From positions 65,407-129,406 of the forward strand of contig JAPKDL010000001.1 in NCBI GenBank assembly GCA_028822585.1: 64,000 nucleotides of DNA. Reading direction: 5' to 3'. The notes below the pieces were generated by a model. It was not told the origin of the DNA and ran no database searches. It worked only from the letters and a program-made list of their open reading frames with translations. How positions within the stretch are numbered: position 1 is the stretch's first letter; each line of letters opens with the position of its first letter. Of the stretch, positions 19,199 to 27,395 are shown in pieces. Made by a program: the position numbers and the translations under genes. This stretch comes from Alphaproteobacteria bacterium. Lineage in GTDB: Bacteria > Pseudomonadota > Alphaproteobacteria > UBA8366 > GCA-2717185.

Positions 19199-20052
19199 GG
19201 GGTCCCCTTTTTATCAGCCGCTGCTGTAATGGCGCGCCGGGTCACGGTCTCGGCTAAATGCCGCCGGTAATCCGCGCTAGCGTCTTCATCACTAACGATA
19301 TCGAGCGTGCCAATATCCGTTGCAATTGCATGCGTTAGCCCGTCGTCGAGACTGGCGGGGTTGGCGGAAATATAGCGCTCTGTGGTTGGCAGTGACGTGG
19401 GATGCGTCCCTATGCATCCGACCCAGATTCGTGGCTTATTGGCGGGGTCTTTTGGAATGGCTGCGGCTGCCCCCGCGATGGTGCGATGTCCAAAGACGAC
19501 CCGTTCATAACGTATGTTGCATGCCGTCACGGGTATTTCGATCCGCAGGAGCAATTCGTCTGGCGCCCTTAGAGTCTCAAGTGCACCGATTATGAACTGG
19601 CTTGCTGATATGTGGTGTTCGCCACGCGCAGATTTCAGAACTAATTGCGCGTCCAGCGCGGCGAGCAGCACTGGTGGGTCGGCGCGCGGTTCGGCGAAAC
19701 ATAAGTTACCGCCAATCGTTCCGGACGTTCGAACGCGAGCGTTGGCGATGGAGCTGCAAAGGGCGCCAAGCGCCGGGACAGCGCCAGAAATGATGGCGTC
19801 ATCGGCGATGGTCGCGTGGGTGGCGAGGGCACCCAGGGACACAATGTCGTCACGGCGGATAATGGTTCGAAGTTCGGGAATGCGCTTGAGATCGACAAGG
19901 TGCTGGTAATCTGCAAAGTGCATTTTCATCGCCAGAAGCAACTCGGTGCCGCCCGCGTAAGGAGAAACGTCGTCGCTATAGCGCGCCATGAGCGAAACCG
20001 CGTCATCAAGCGTTGTCGGGCGATGATAGGTGAACGGCCTAGGTAGCATCAT
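19195..20052 (-). CDS. Molybdenum hydroxylase medium subunit, FAD-binding
   Basis: The CoxM/XdhB-like FAD-binding domain includes AGGTELL. The start was trimmed to the MM at 20052/20049, which overlaps the large-subunit stop by 11-14 nt. The stop overlaps the small-subunit start by 4 nt. Confidence 0.85.
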   Translation of the reverse strand: MMLPRPFTYHRPTTLDDAVSLMARYSDDVSPYAGGTELLLAMKMHFADYQHLVDLKRIPELRTIIRRDDIVSLGALATHATIADDAIISGAVPALGALCSSIANARVRTSGTIGGNLCFAEPRADPPVLLAALDAQLVLKSARGEHHISASQFIIGALETLRAPDELLLRIEIPVTACNIRYERVVFGHRTIAGAAAAIPKDPANKPRIWVGCIGTHPTSLPTTERYISANPASLDDGLTHAIATDIGTLDIVSDEDASADYRRHLAETVTRRAITAAADKKGTP

Positions 20053-22318
20053 CGCCCCGCTTGCGCAGCGCGCGCCAGATACGTTCGGGGGTGAGCGGTA
20101 GGTCCCGGATACGGATCCCGTACCGCCGCGCCAACGCGTTCGCAATGGCGGGCGCTACCGGTAATATACCGCCTTCACCCATACCTTTGGCACCCATGGG
20201 ACCTGGGCCGTCGCCGTTTTCGATTAATACGGTGTGGGCGCGCTTAGCAATATCACCAATGGCGGGTACCCGGTAGGCGATGGGCGTCGCATTCACGGGT
20301 TGGCCATCGACGTAATCCAGACGTTCGAAAAGCGCGTGCCCCAAGCCCTGTACGGCGGCGCCCTCCTCCTGGCCTTCCGCGCCACTGGGGTTGATGGCGT
20401 GACCGACATCCGCCACACCTACATAGCGAGTGACCGACAATGTTCCGATTTCTTGATCAACGTCGACGTCGCAGGCGCCGACGGCGGTTTCCCAAAATAG
20501 CGGCGATTTTTTGAAGTCGCTGCCGTCGCGCGTTGGGGTAACCATGGCGCGACCCACGACCTCGCCGGAATCAACGCCGAATGCCCTGTGGTACACATCC
20601 TGGAACGGCAGGAATTCATCGCCATGAGCGACGCCGCCTGGGACGAGCCGAAGGTCGTTTGGCGCGCCGTCGAAGACTGATGACGCTAGCGCCAGAATTT
20701 GATCGCTGGCGTCGCGTGCCGCGTCTTCCACTGCAAGGCCCATGATCACCGTGGATCGGCTGGCACCCGTGCCCCAGTCAAATGGTGTTGTTGAGGTATC
20801 GGGGTTTGCAATCTGAATAGAGTTGGGGTTTTGATTTAACATCTTTGCGACGACTTCGCGCAAAACCGTTCGGACACCCTGGCCAATATCAACGCTGTTG
20901 GACATGACTATAATCGAGCCATCGACAAGAACCCGGACCAACGCGCCCCCAAGAGGGAGAATGCCGGGATCTGTTGCCGCGACGGCAATACCGGCAGCGG
21001 CGCCATCGCCTAGGTTCATTATCGCTTGGTCCGCACGCCCAATCATGTCGCCGATATCGGCGTCGAGAGGGCGCAATGTGTCTAAAATTTCGCCACCGCG
21101 CGGCAGCAGATTGCGACGCCGCAGTTCCACTGGGTCAATACCCATTGCGTCGGCGATCTCATCCATTTGCGATTCTGTCGCCCATACAGCTTGGGGGCCG
21201 CCAATGGATCGGAAGGCGGCGCCCGGTACCGTGTTCGTGTAGACGGCCTTGGCTTCGATTTCGAGGTTCGCGATGTCATAGGGGCCGATGATGCGGTGCG
21301 CCGCCTTCGCCGCAACGGCAGGCCCTGTGTCCGCATAAGCGCCACCATCCAATAAGATTGTGGCGCGTTTGGACAAAATTTTACCCGTCTTGTCTAAGGA
21401 TGTGTGCAGCGTCATTGTTGCGCCCAGGCGGCGACAGGTAAGCATCGATTCTGCCAACGTTAACGTCACGCGAACTGGGCGTCCGGCCTTGCGCGCGGCA
21501 GCGACCACCAGCGGTTCAATTTTGACCGAAGCCTTGCCGCCAAATCCGCCACCGACAAAGGGAACGATGATCCGGATGTTAGCAACGGCAATTCCAAAAA
21601 CTCGGGACAGTACTTTTTGCACCGCCGTGGGGGATTGCGCGCCCGACCATACGGTCAGGTCATCGCCCTCAAAGGCGGCGACAACGCTGTGTGGTTCAAG
21701 CGCGAAATGGGACACGCCAGGAAAGGTATAGGTATGTTCAAAAATATGCGCTGCGTCGCACTCAGCAGCGGTGGCGTCGCCGGTGCTGACTCCGAATTTC
21801 TGAAATATATTCGTGCCAGCGACGGGTTTGGCCTGACCGGTAAAGTAGAAATCGGCGATGGCGTCGTGAACATCGTGCAACACAGGCGCGTCCGGTGCGA
21901 TGGCCGCTGCGGCGGTGTCGACGAAGGGTAAATGTTCGTAGTCAATGTCGATTAAATCAAGCGCAGCTTCGGCAATCTCCAGCGTTTCCGCCACCACCAA
22001 CGCGACCGGTTCCCCGACGTAGCGGACTTTGTCAATCGCGATTACCGGGCGGTCGTTGAGAAATAGCCCCCAATGAATTTGCGCCAGCGTGGCCATATCT
22101 TCGCCAGTCAGGATCGTGACAACACCGTCAAGCGCGCTGGCTTCTGTGACATCCAGGCGTGTGATTCGGGCATGCGGGACCGCGCTGCGCAGAATGCGGC
22201 CATGCGCCATGCGAGGCACACGAATGTCGCTCGCATACACCGCGCCGCCCGTGACCTTATCGATGAGGTCGGCGCGCGCGGTGTTGTTGTCCGGTGGTGA
22301 TTCCTTCCTCACGTCCAA
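20039..22318 (-). CDS. Xanthine dehydrogenase/aldehyde oxidase family molybdopterin-binding large subunit
   Basis: 759 aa. The N-terminus has DKVTGGAVYASDI, followed by GGGFGGK and AAFRSIGGPQ motifs typical of the family. The start is TTG 22318 or GTG 22312. Confidence 0.9.
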   Translation of the reverse strand: MDVRKESPPDNNTARADLIDKVTGGAVYASDIRVPRMAHGRILRSAVPHARITRLDVTEASALDGVVTILTGEDMATLAQIHWGLFLNDRPVIAIDKVRYVGEPVALVVAETLEIAEAALDLIDIDYEHLPFVDTAAAAIAPDAPVLHDVHDAIADFYFTGQAKPVAGTNIFQKFGVSTGDATAAECDAAHIFEHTYTFPGVSHFALEPHSVVAAFEGDDLTVWSGAQSPTAVQKVLSRVFGIAVANIRIIVPFVGGGFGGKASVKIEPLVVAAARKAGRPVRVTLTLAESMLTCRRLGATMTLHTSLDKTGKILSKRATILLDGGAYADTGPAVAAKAAHRIIGPYDIANLEIEAKAVYTNTVPGAAFRSIGGPQAVWATESQMDEIADAMGIDPVELRRRNLLPRGGEILDTLRPLDADIGDMIGRADQAIMNLGDGAAAGIAVAATDPGILPLGGALVRVLVDGSIIVMSNSVDIGQGVRTVLREVVAKMLNQNPNSIQIANPDTSTTPFDWGTGASRSTVIMGLAVEDAARDASDQILALASSVFDGAPNDLRLVPGGVAHGDEFLPFQDVYHRAFGVDSGEVVGRAMVTPTRDGSDFKKSPLFWETAVGACDVDVDQEIGTLSVTRYVGVADVGHAINPSGAEGQEEGAAVQGLGHALFERLDYVDGQPVNATPIAYRVPAIGDIAKRAHTVLIENGDGPGPMGAKGMGEGGILPVAPAIANALARRYGIRIRDLPLTPERIWRALRKRGDDAT

Positions 22319-22401
22319 TCGGCGCCGTCGATGAGCTCCAACATGATCAGCACCGTTGCCGACTCAATCATGTCGGGCACCGCGTAGCCTTCTTCTGTCA
22401 T
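22309..22401 (-). CDS. Hypothetical acidic 30 aa ORF upstream of, and overlapping, the Mo-hydroxylase large-subunit start
   Basis: ATG 22401 has AAGGGG 7 nt upstream. The translation is MTEEGYAVPDMIESATVLIMLELIDGADWT. The stop TGA 22309-22311 overlaps the TTG/GTG start region of the next gene. It is below the ORF-track length cutoff. Confidence 0.3.
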   Translation of the reverse strand: MTEEGYAVPDMIESATVLIMLELIDGADWT

Positions 22402-22475
22402 GTTCTACCCCTTGATGTCCGTTTAGCCAAAATTTGTTTTAGGGATCATGGAGAAAATGTTGATCAATCGAATTC

Positions 22476-23087
22476 TTATGCAGTCTTTTTTCCCGTTAGC
22501 GCGAACCGCATTAATTCGAACCGGTCGTTGCCGAAATACATATCGTCGCTATTCACGAAAAATGTTGGGGATCCGAAACCGCCTCGTTCTATGATTTCAT
22601 CGGTGTTCACGAATAGCTGTTTTTTGATTTCATCCATCCCGATGCGTTCAATGAACGCATCCCCGTCCATACCGACGGAAATTGCGATCTCCTTGAGTTC
22701 CGATTCTTGCGAGATGTCGCGTTTATCCGTCCAATAGGCCTTGAAGCAAGCGCCGGAATATGGACCGATTTTGTCTTCTTCGATGGCGACGAACGCACCC
22801 CGTAACGATTTTACGCTGTTGAGCGGCGAGACCGCCGTTGGGTTTTTTTCAATGTCCAGGTATCTCGCCCAGTCCGCCAGATCCTTTTTATAGTAATTGT
22901 CTTTCGGAGGAATTGGGTTGTCCCGGCGGTTGTAAACGCTGGGGTTTACCTTGTTGAAAACACCGCCCACTAAAAATGGCTTCCAAATTAGTTCGGCGTC
23001 ATTGTCGGTGCAGAATGTTTCAATTCGGCTGTAGGCGTAATAGGTCCAGGGGCTAGAGTAATCGAAAAAAAATTCAACAGTGGCCAT
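22476..23087 (-). CDS. 2-hydroxychromene-2-carboxylate isomerase family protein (DsbA-like / kappa-GST fold)
   Basis: The N-terminus MATVEFFFDYSSPWTYYA carries the SPW(S/T)Y motif in place of CxxC. The C-terminal FGSPTFFV...FGNDRF is typical of the family. Confidence 0.8.
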   Translation of the reverse strand: MATVEFFFDYSSPWTYYAYSRIETFCTDNDAELIWKPFLVGGVFNKVNPSVYNRRDNPIPPKDNYYKKDLADWARYLDIEKNPTAVSPLNSVKSLRGAFVAIEEDKIGPYSGACFKAYWTDKRDISQESELKEIAISVGMDGDAFIERIGMDEIKKQLFVNTDEIIERGGFGSPTFFVNSDDMYFGNDRFELMRFALTGKKTA

Positions 23088-23287
23088 TATCTATATCTTT
23101 CTGAGGCTTAGAGGGTTTTATCGGAACAGCGTGTGCGTTAACTATATAGTAACCTATGGTGTGAGATTAAAAAGGTGGCGTTCAATCAACTCTATATGAA
23201 GTTGAATTTTGAGAGTCTACGACATTTTCATAACATTTGGCCTGCATTTGCAGGTAATTTTTCTTTGAGCGATAGATTTCGTCTCCG

Positions 23288-24181
23288 CTAAGACGCGGCG
23301 GCCAGCGAATCACCGGTTTCTCTCACTGTAGGACCCGTTCCCGCGACCGTGGTACGGCGCATGACGCGCCGGTGTTTGGTGGTGTCGAAGGGAGTGCCGC
23401 GATGCAGGATGCAGCGATTGTCCCAAATGATAAAATCGAACTGTCGCCATTTATGGACATACACAAATTCGGTTTGCGTCGATTTATCCACGAGATCGCG
23501 TAAAAGCTGGCGGCCTTTTTCTTCCGGCCACCCGATAATGTGCGATGCGTGCGAGCCGCTATAGAAATTTTTTCGCCCCGTTGACGGGTTTGTTCGTACT
23601 ACCGCGTGGCGAACCGGGGGTACTTCCTTCAAGGCTTGTTTGGGTGCTTTATAGCCTTTCACTAGGGCGCGCGAATGCCCGTAATTATGTTCCGCGACCA
23701 ATCCATCCAATTGGAGTCGTTCTGCTGCCGGAAGTAAGTCATAGGCGGTTCGGCAGGAGGCGAATTGCGTATCAGCGCCAATGGGTGGCACTTCGCGCCC
23801 GGACAGCATGGAACAATAGGCGGGCGTTGGCTTGAACGAACTGTCGGTATGCCACATTTCATTGCCGCTATTCGACTTCAGGCGTGTATGACCTTTCGGA
23901 AAAATTTCATTCGTACGGTAATCGATGTTGGTGATGTTCGCCACTGGGACGCCGCCATCGCCTTCGGGTTTGTAAACTGTTGTTTCCAAGGTGCCGAAAC
24001 GGGCGCTAAACGCCGTTTGCGTTTCGTCGTCGAAACGTTGGTTGCGGAACACCAGGACCGAATACTTGTCCAGCGCAGCCTTAATTTCAGACACCACTGT
24101 GTCATCGACATTTGCTATCAGGTTGAGGCTGGTAATTTCAGCCCCAAAATAATCTGTTAGATTTTGAATGGTCAACGCCAT
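23288..24181 (-). CDS. TauD/TfdA family Fe(II)/2-oxoglutarate-dependent dioxygenase (paralogue 1)
   Basis: WHTDSSF (HxD iron ligands) and the C-terminal WDNRCILHRG. The start was trimmed to ATG 24181 (MALTIQNLTDYFGAEI). Confidence 0.85.
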   Translation of the reverse strand: MALTIQNLTDYFGAEITSLNLIANVDDTVVSEIKAALDKYSVLVFRNQRFDDETQTAFSARFGTLETTVYKPEGDGGVPVANITNIDYRTNEIFPKGHTRLKSNSGNEMWHTDSSFKPTPAYCSMLSGREVPPIGADTQFASCRTAYDLLPAAERLQLDGLVAEHNYGHSRALVKGYKAPKQALKEVPPVRHAVVRTNPSTGRKNFYSGSHASHIIGWPEEKGRQLLRDLVDKSTQTEFVYVHKWRQFDFIIWDNRCILHRGTPFDTTKHRRVMRRTTVAGTGPTVRETGDSLAAAS

Positions 24182-24262
24182 GGCTGCGTCTCCTCTCGAT
24201 TCCGTTCCAGATGTGGGAATTGAAGCAGGCGACGGTGCTTGATGCAAGCCAGAGTACCTAGT

Positions 24263-24308
24263 GGTTTGATTGAAAGGCTTGGTGTCCAAGAATTTTGTGA
24301 ATCAAACC
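24263..24308. promoter_or_regulatory. 9 bp inverted repeat GGTTTGATT-N28-AATCAAACC in a divergent control region
   Basis: Read directly from the sequence. It lies between the divergently oriented TauD gene (start 24181) and the Prx-like gene (start 24472). Confidence 0.3.
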
Positions 24309-24340
24309 ATTAACCTATTGATTTGGGGAGCGACTGATCA

Positions 24341-24363
24341 AAACGGATGGGCACCATCCGTTT
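24341..24363. promoter_or_regulatory. Perfect 10 bp stem / 3 nt loop hairpin or palindrome AAACGGATGG-GCA-CCATCCGTTT
   Basis: Read directly from the sequence, about 110 nt upstream of the Prx-like ATG. It could be an operator palindrome or a 5' leader structure. Confidence 0.3.
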
Positions 24364-24471
24364 CGGTATTGCCACTCGATCAAGCCATCGTTGCGAAGGT
24401 GGGATCAACGGGCCATACTGCCCTTCATCGTCGCCATGGCATTCAGCGCAAACCTCACAAGGAAATTTTAA

Positions 24472-24942
24472 ATGTCCCCAAAACTTGGAATTGAGGATGC
24501 GTTTCCCGATATTACACTCAACCTCGTCGACGGTGGGACGCTAAGTCTGCCGGTCGGGCTGGATGCAAATTATAAGGTGGTCTTGTTTTATCGGGGACAT
24601 TGGTGACCTTTCTGTCGCCGGCAGTTAGTCGGCTTCGAAAAGTTGAAAGCGGAATTTGATGCGTTGAATACGAAGATTGTCACAGCCAGTATCGATCCAC
24701 TGGATAAGGCGCAAGAAGTGGCGAACGATGTGTCGTTTCCTGTTGGTTACGGCGCGACTCGCGAAATTGGCGATGCGATAGGCGCGTTTTGGGAAGAGCG
24801 GCGAGGATTGATTCAACCGTCTGAATTCATCATCGGCGCGGATAACAAGATTGTCACCAGTAGCTACAGCGATGGCCCGCTGGCGCGGATGGATGCTGCG
24901 GATGTTATCAAACTTATCAAGCTGTACGAGTCGCGAAAATAA
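24472..24942 (+). CDS. Peroxiredoxin-like (AhpC/TSA, PRX-like2) protein with an in-frame TGA at the redox Cys position; candidate selenoprotein (UxxC)
   Basis: ATG 24472 has AAGGAA upstream. The frame reads ...YKVVLFYRGHW[TGA 24604-24606]PFCRRQLVGFEKLKAEFDALNTKIVTASIDPLDKAQEV...KLYESRK. The track ORF 24643..24942 is in the same frame (24643-24472=171). The TGA replaces the first Cys of the conserved WCP(F/Y)C motif, and no other lesion is present. Confidence 0.6.
24608..24642 (+). promoter_or_regulatory. Candidate bacterial SECIS-like stem-loop immediately 3' of the in-frame UGA
   Basis: Manual fold. Lower stem: 24608/24642, then 24609-24612 paired with 24637-24640 (A24641 bulged). 24614 pairs with 24636. 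A 2x2 internal loop follows. Upper stem: 24617-24622 paired with 24628-24633 (GCCGGC/GUCGGC, one G-U pair). The apical loop is AGUUA (24623-24627), about 20 nt from the UGA. Confidence 0.4.
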
Positions 24943-24987
24943 GGCCGGCCATAGCTGGATTAAATACGAAGCGAACGAGATTTTGGT

Positions 24988-25818
24988 ATGGAGATAACGC
25001 AACTGGCCAATGGCTTTGCGGTCGAAATTGGTGGGGTCAATTTAGCCGAGACGCTGAACGACGCTGCCTTCGATGCCATCAAGGCGTTGTGGATGGAAAA
25101 TCGCGTTGTAGTGTTTCGGCATCAAACACTTAACGATGACGGTTTGGTCGCGTTCGCCGCGCGTTTTGGGCCCCTGTTTGTCCATGCGCAATCATCGCTT
25201 CTATCGTCGCGGCGTAAAGAGGTGATGGAGCTTTCCAATCTGGAAGATGTGGAAAGACCCGTCACCCATGAACTCGACTGGCATACGGATCAGAGCTATA
25301 CGGCGCAACCGGTGTTTGGTACCATTCTTTACGGATTGGTGACGCCGGATGAAGGCGGTGAAACTCATTTCGCCGATCTCGCTGGTGCCTATGTTTCCCT
25401 GCCGGAAGAATTGCGGACGCGGATTGAGGACGCCACGGCTGTTTATTCCGCTGAACCGCGTCCAAAGGTAAGGGAGAAACCGCTTAACGCGGAAGAACGC
25501 TCCCGCATTCCCGATTGTGTTCACCCTATCGTTCGGACCCACCCTTATTTAAACCGGAAATCGATTTATCTTAGCCCGTTGCACATTCGAACCATTGGGA
25601 ATTTACCGGAACCGGACAGTCTAAGTCTGTTAGGTGAATTGATTGAACACGCTGCGCAACCGGCACATCTTTACCGGCATCGTTGGTCGGTTGGGGATGT
25701 GGTCATATGGGACAATACTTCTGTCATGCATCGCCGCACATCGTTTCCATCTCATGAACGCCGCCACCTAAAACGGACGGGGTTCTATTTGCCCGACGAA
25801 TTGGCGATACCTGTTTAA
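24988..25818 (+). CDS. TauD/TfdA family Fe(II)/2-oxoglutarate-dependent dioxygenase (paralogue 2)
   Basis: WHTDQSY (HxD) and the C-terminal WDNTSVMHRR. 276 aa. It starts 45 nt after the Prx-like stop. Confidence 0.9.
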   Translation: MEITQLANGFAVEIGGVNLAETLNDAAFDAIKALWMENRVVVFRHQTLNDDGLVAFAARFGPLFVHAQSSLLSSRRKEVMELSNLEDVERPVTHELDWHTDQSYTAQPVFGTILYGLVTPDEGGETHFADLAGAYVSLPEELRTRIEDATAVYSAEPRPKVREKPLNAEERSRIPDCVHPIVRTHPYLNRKSIYLSPLHIRTIGNLPEPDSLSLLGELIEHAAQPAHLYRHRWSVGDVVIWDNTSVMHRRTSFPSHERRHLKRTGFYLPDELAIPV

Positions 25819-25889
25819 TTTCACCTGTGAAACATCCAGGGAGAATTTAAATAGACGACCTCTTTAAATTATACGGTCCCCGATATCGG

Positions 25890-27395
25890 TTGTACGTGAC
25901 GGTGACGGGAATATTGGCCGCCTTCACGATGGTCGTTTCCGGCACTATCGTGAACGTGGCAGTTCCTGATGTTATGGGCGCCTATGGGGTAGGGCAAAGC
26001 GAGGTTCAGCTTCTCTCGACAGCGTTCATGATCGCGATGACGACGGGACAATTGCTCAACGCCTGGGTGGTTGCGGTCGTCGGACAACGTTGGGGTTTCA
26101 TCGGGACCTTAATTCTCTTTTTCTTCGGCAGTCTTGTCGCCGGGTTCGCCGATAATTTTGGGATGATCGTGTTGGGCCGCGTGTTGCAGGGGGCGGCGGC
26201 GGGGGTCATTCAGCCTTTGGTCATGGTGACGCTATTTCAGGCTTACCCCGAAGGCAAACGGGGCTCTGCGCTGGGGCTTTACGTGATGGGGCTTGTCGGG
26301 GCGGCGTCCGTTGGTCCTCCGGCAGGCGGGCTTTTGATCGAAATGTTTGATTGGCGGTATATCTTCTTTGCGCCATTGCTTCTCGTCCTTGTCGCCTTGC
26401 CCCTTGGCGCCCTATTTCTACCTTCTGTGCGAAGCAAGACACCGCCCGCATTCGATTGGATCGGCTTTATCCTGATTTGCAGCGCTTTATATTGTCTCAT
26501 GACGGCGATCTCCAACGGGCCGCGCGAAGGGTGGGGCTCCAATTATATCGTGATGCTTTTTATCATCGGAATCGGCACATCCATCGCCTTTATCCAGTCG
26601 CAGCGGCGCGTGGGTTCGTCGATGCTCGATCTGTCGCTGTTCAGGTACAAGATGTTTGTCATAGCGGTTGTCGTCACGTCGTTCTCGGCGATTGGAAATT
26701 TTGCGTCGGTGTACGCAGTGCCGGTCGCCGCCCAGCTTGTGCAAAACATGACACCCTTTGAAGCCGGCCTTGCGTTGATGCCGTCGATGATGCTGGCGAT
26801 GTTTATCATGCCGATCAGCGGGCGTCTGTCGGATAAAATTCCACCACATCTGGCCGTGATTACCGGGTTTGTCTTTCTGACGGCAGGCGTTGTGCCGTTT
26901 GCCTACGCCGATCCCAATACGTCTTTTATGATGATTGTGATTTACGGGTTGATTGGTCGGTGGGCGACGGCGTTTGTGCAACCATTCATCATGAATACAG
27001 CCCTGAATTCGCTGCCCGAGGACAAGCTCAATGCGGGTGGCGGAACGCTTAATTTCTGTCGTCAATTGGTGGGGTCGCTGGGCACAAATTTATGGGTTGT
27101 CTTCGTTGACCGGCGCATTGACTTTCACGCGAGTACGTTGACGGCGACACAAAGCTCTGCTGCGGCGACAAGCGCGGAATTGTTGCGTGGCGTTGACAAA
27201 ATTTACCGCGAAGCGGGCGTGCCTGAAGCCGTCCATCAGGCAGGCGGGTTGCACTATCTTGGTCAAATCATTGAGGCCCAGGCCAATGTGCTTGGGTTTC
27301 AGGATGGTTTTTGGGTGCTTGCTGCATCCTACGCGATTGGTATCATTCCGGCCTGGTTCATGGGCCGGATGTATTACGAAAATAAACGCAAATAA
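25890..27395 (+). CDS. MFS transporter, DHA2 (EmrB/QacA-like, 14-TMS type); start uncertain and possibly at 25851
   Basis: TIVNVAVPDVMGAYGVGQSEVQ in TM1 and the roughly 500 aa length fit this family. The first canonical start is TTG 25890. The open frame extends up to 25851 and encodes family-like residues (DDLFKLYGPRYR). Confidence 0.85.
   Translation: MYVTVTGILAAFTMVVSGTIVNVAVPDVMGAYGVGQSEVQLLSTAFMIAMTTGQLLNAWVVAVVGQRWGFIGTLILFFFGSLVAGFADNFGMIVLGRVLQGAAAGVIQPLVMVTLFQAYPEGKRGSALGLYVMGLVGAASVGPPAGGLLIEMFDWRYIFFAPLLLVLVALPLGALFLPSVRSKTPPAFDWIGFILICSALYCLMTAISNGPREGWGSNYIVMLFIIGIGTSIAFIQSQRRVGSSMLDLSLFRYKMFVIAVVVTSFSAIGNFASVYAVPVAAQLVQNMTPFEAGLALMPSMMLAMFIMPISGRLSDKIPPHLAVITGFVFLTAGVVPFAYADPNTSFMMIVIYGLIGRWATAFVQPFIMNTALNSLPEDKLNAGGGTLNFCRQLVGSLGTNLWVVFVDRRIDFHASTLTATQSSAAATSAELLRGVDKIYREAGVPEAVHQAGGLHYLGQIIEAQANVLGFQDGFWVLAASYAIGIIPAWFMGRMYYENKRK

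Noticed and set aside
20039-22318. Annotating the L-M-S genes as aerobic carbon-monoxide dehydrogenase (CoxLMS).
   Set aside because: I could not find the form I (AYxCSFR) or form II (AYRGAGR) active-site loop signatures in the large subunit. No coxD/E/F-type accessory genes are nearby, so the generic xanthine-oxidase-family hydroxylase call is safer.
24625-25002. A 125 aa minus-strand ORF covering the distal Prx-like region, and the 65 aa plus-strand ORF 24347..24544.
   Set aside because: The plus-strand frame from 24472 gives a continuous peroxiredoxin-like translation across the same bases. The competing ORFs have no recognisable features and would leave the Prx homology unexplained.
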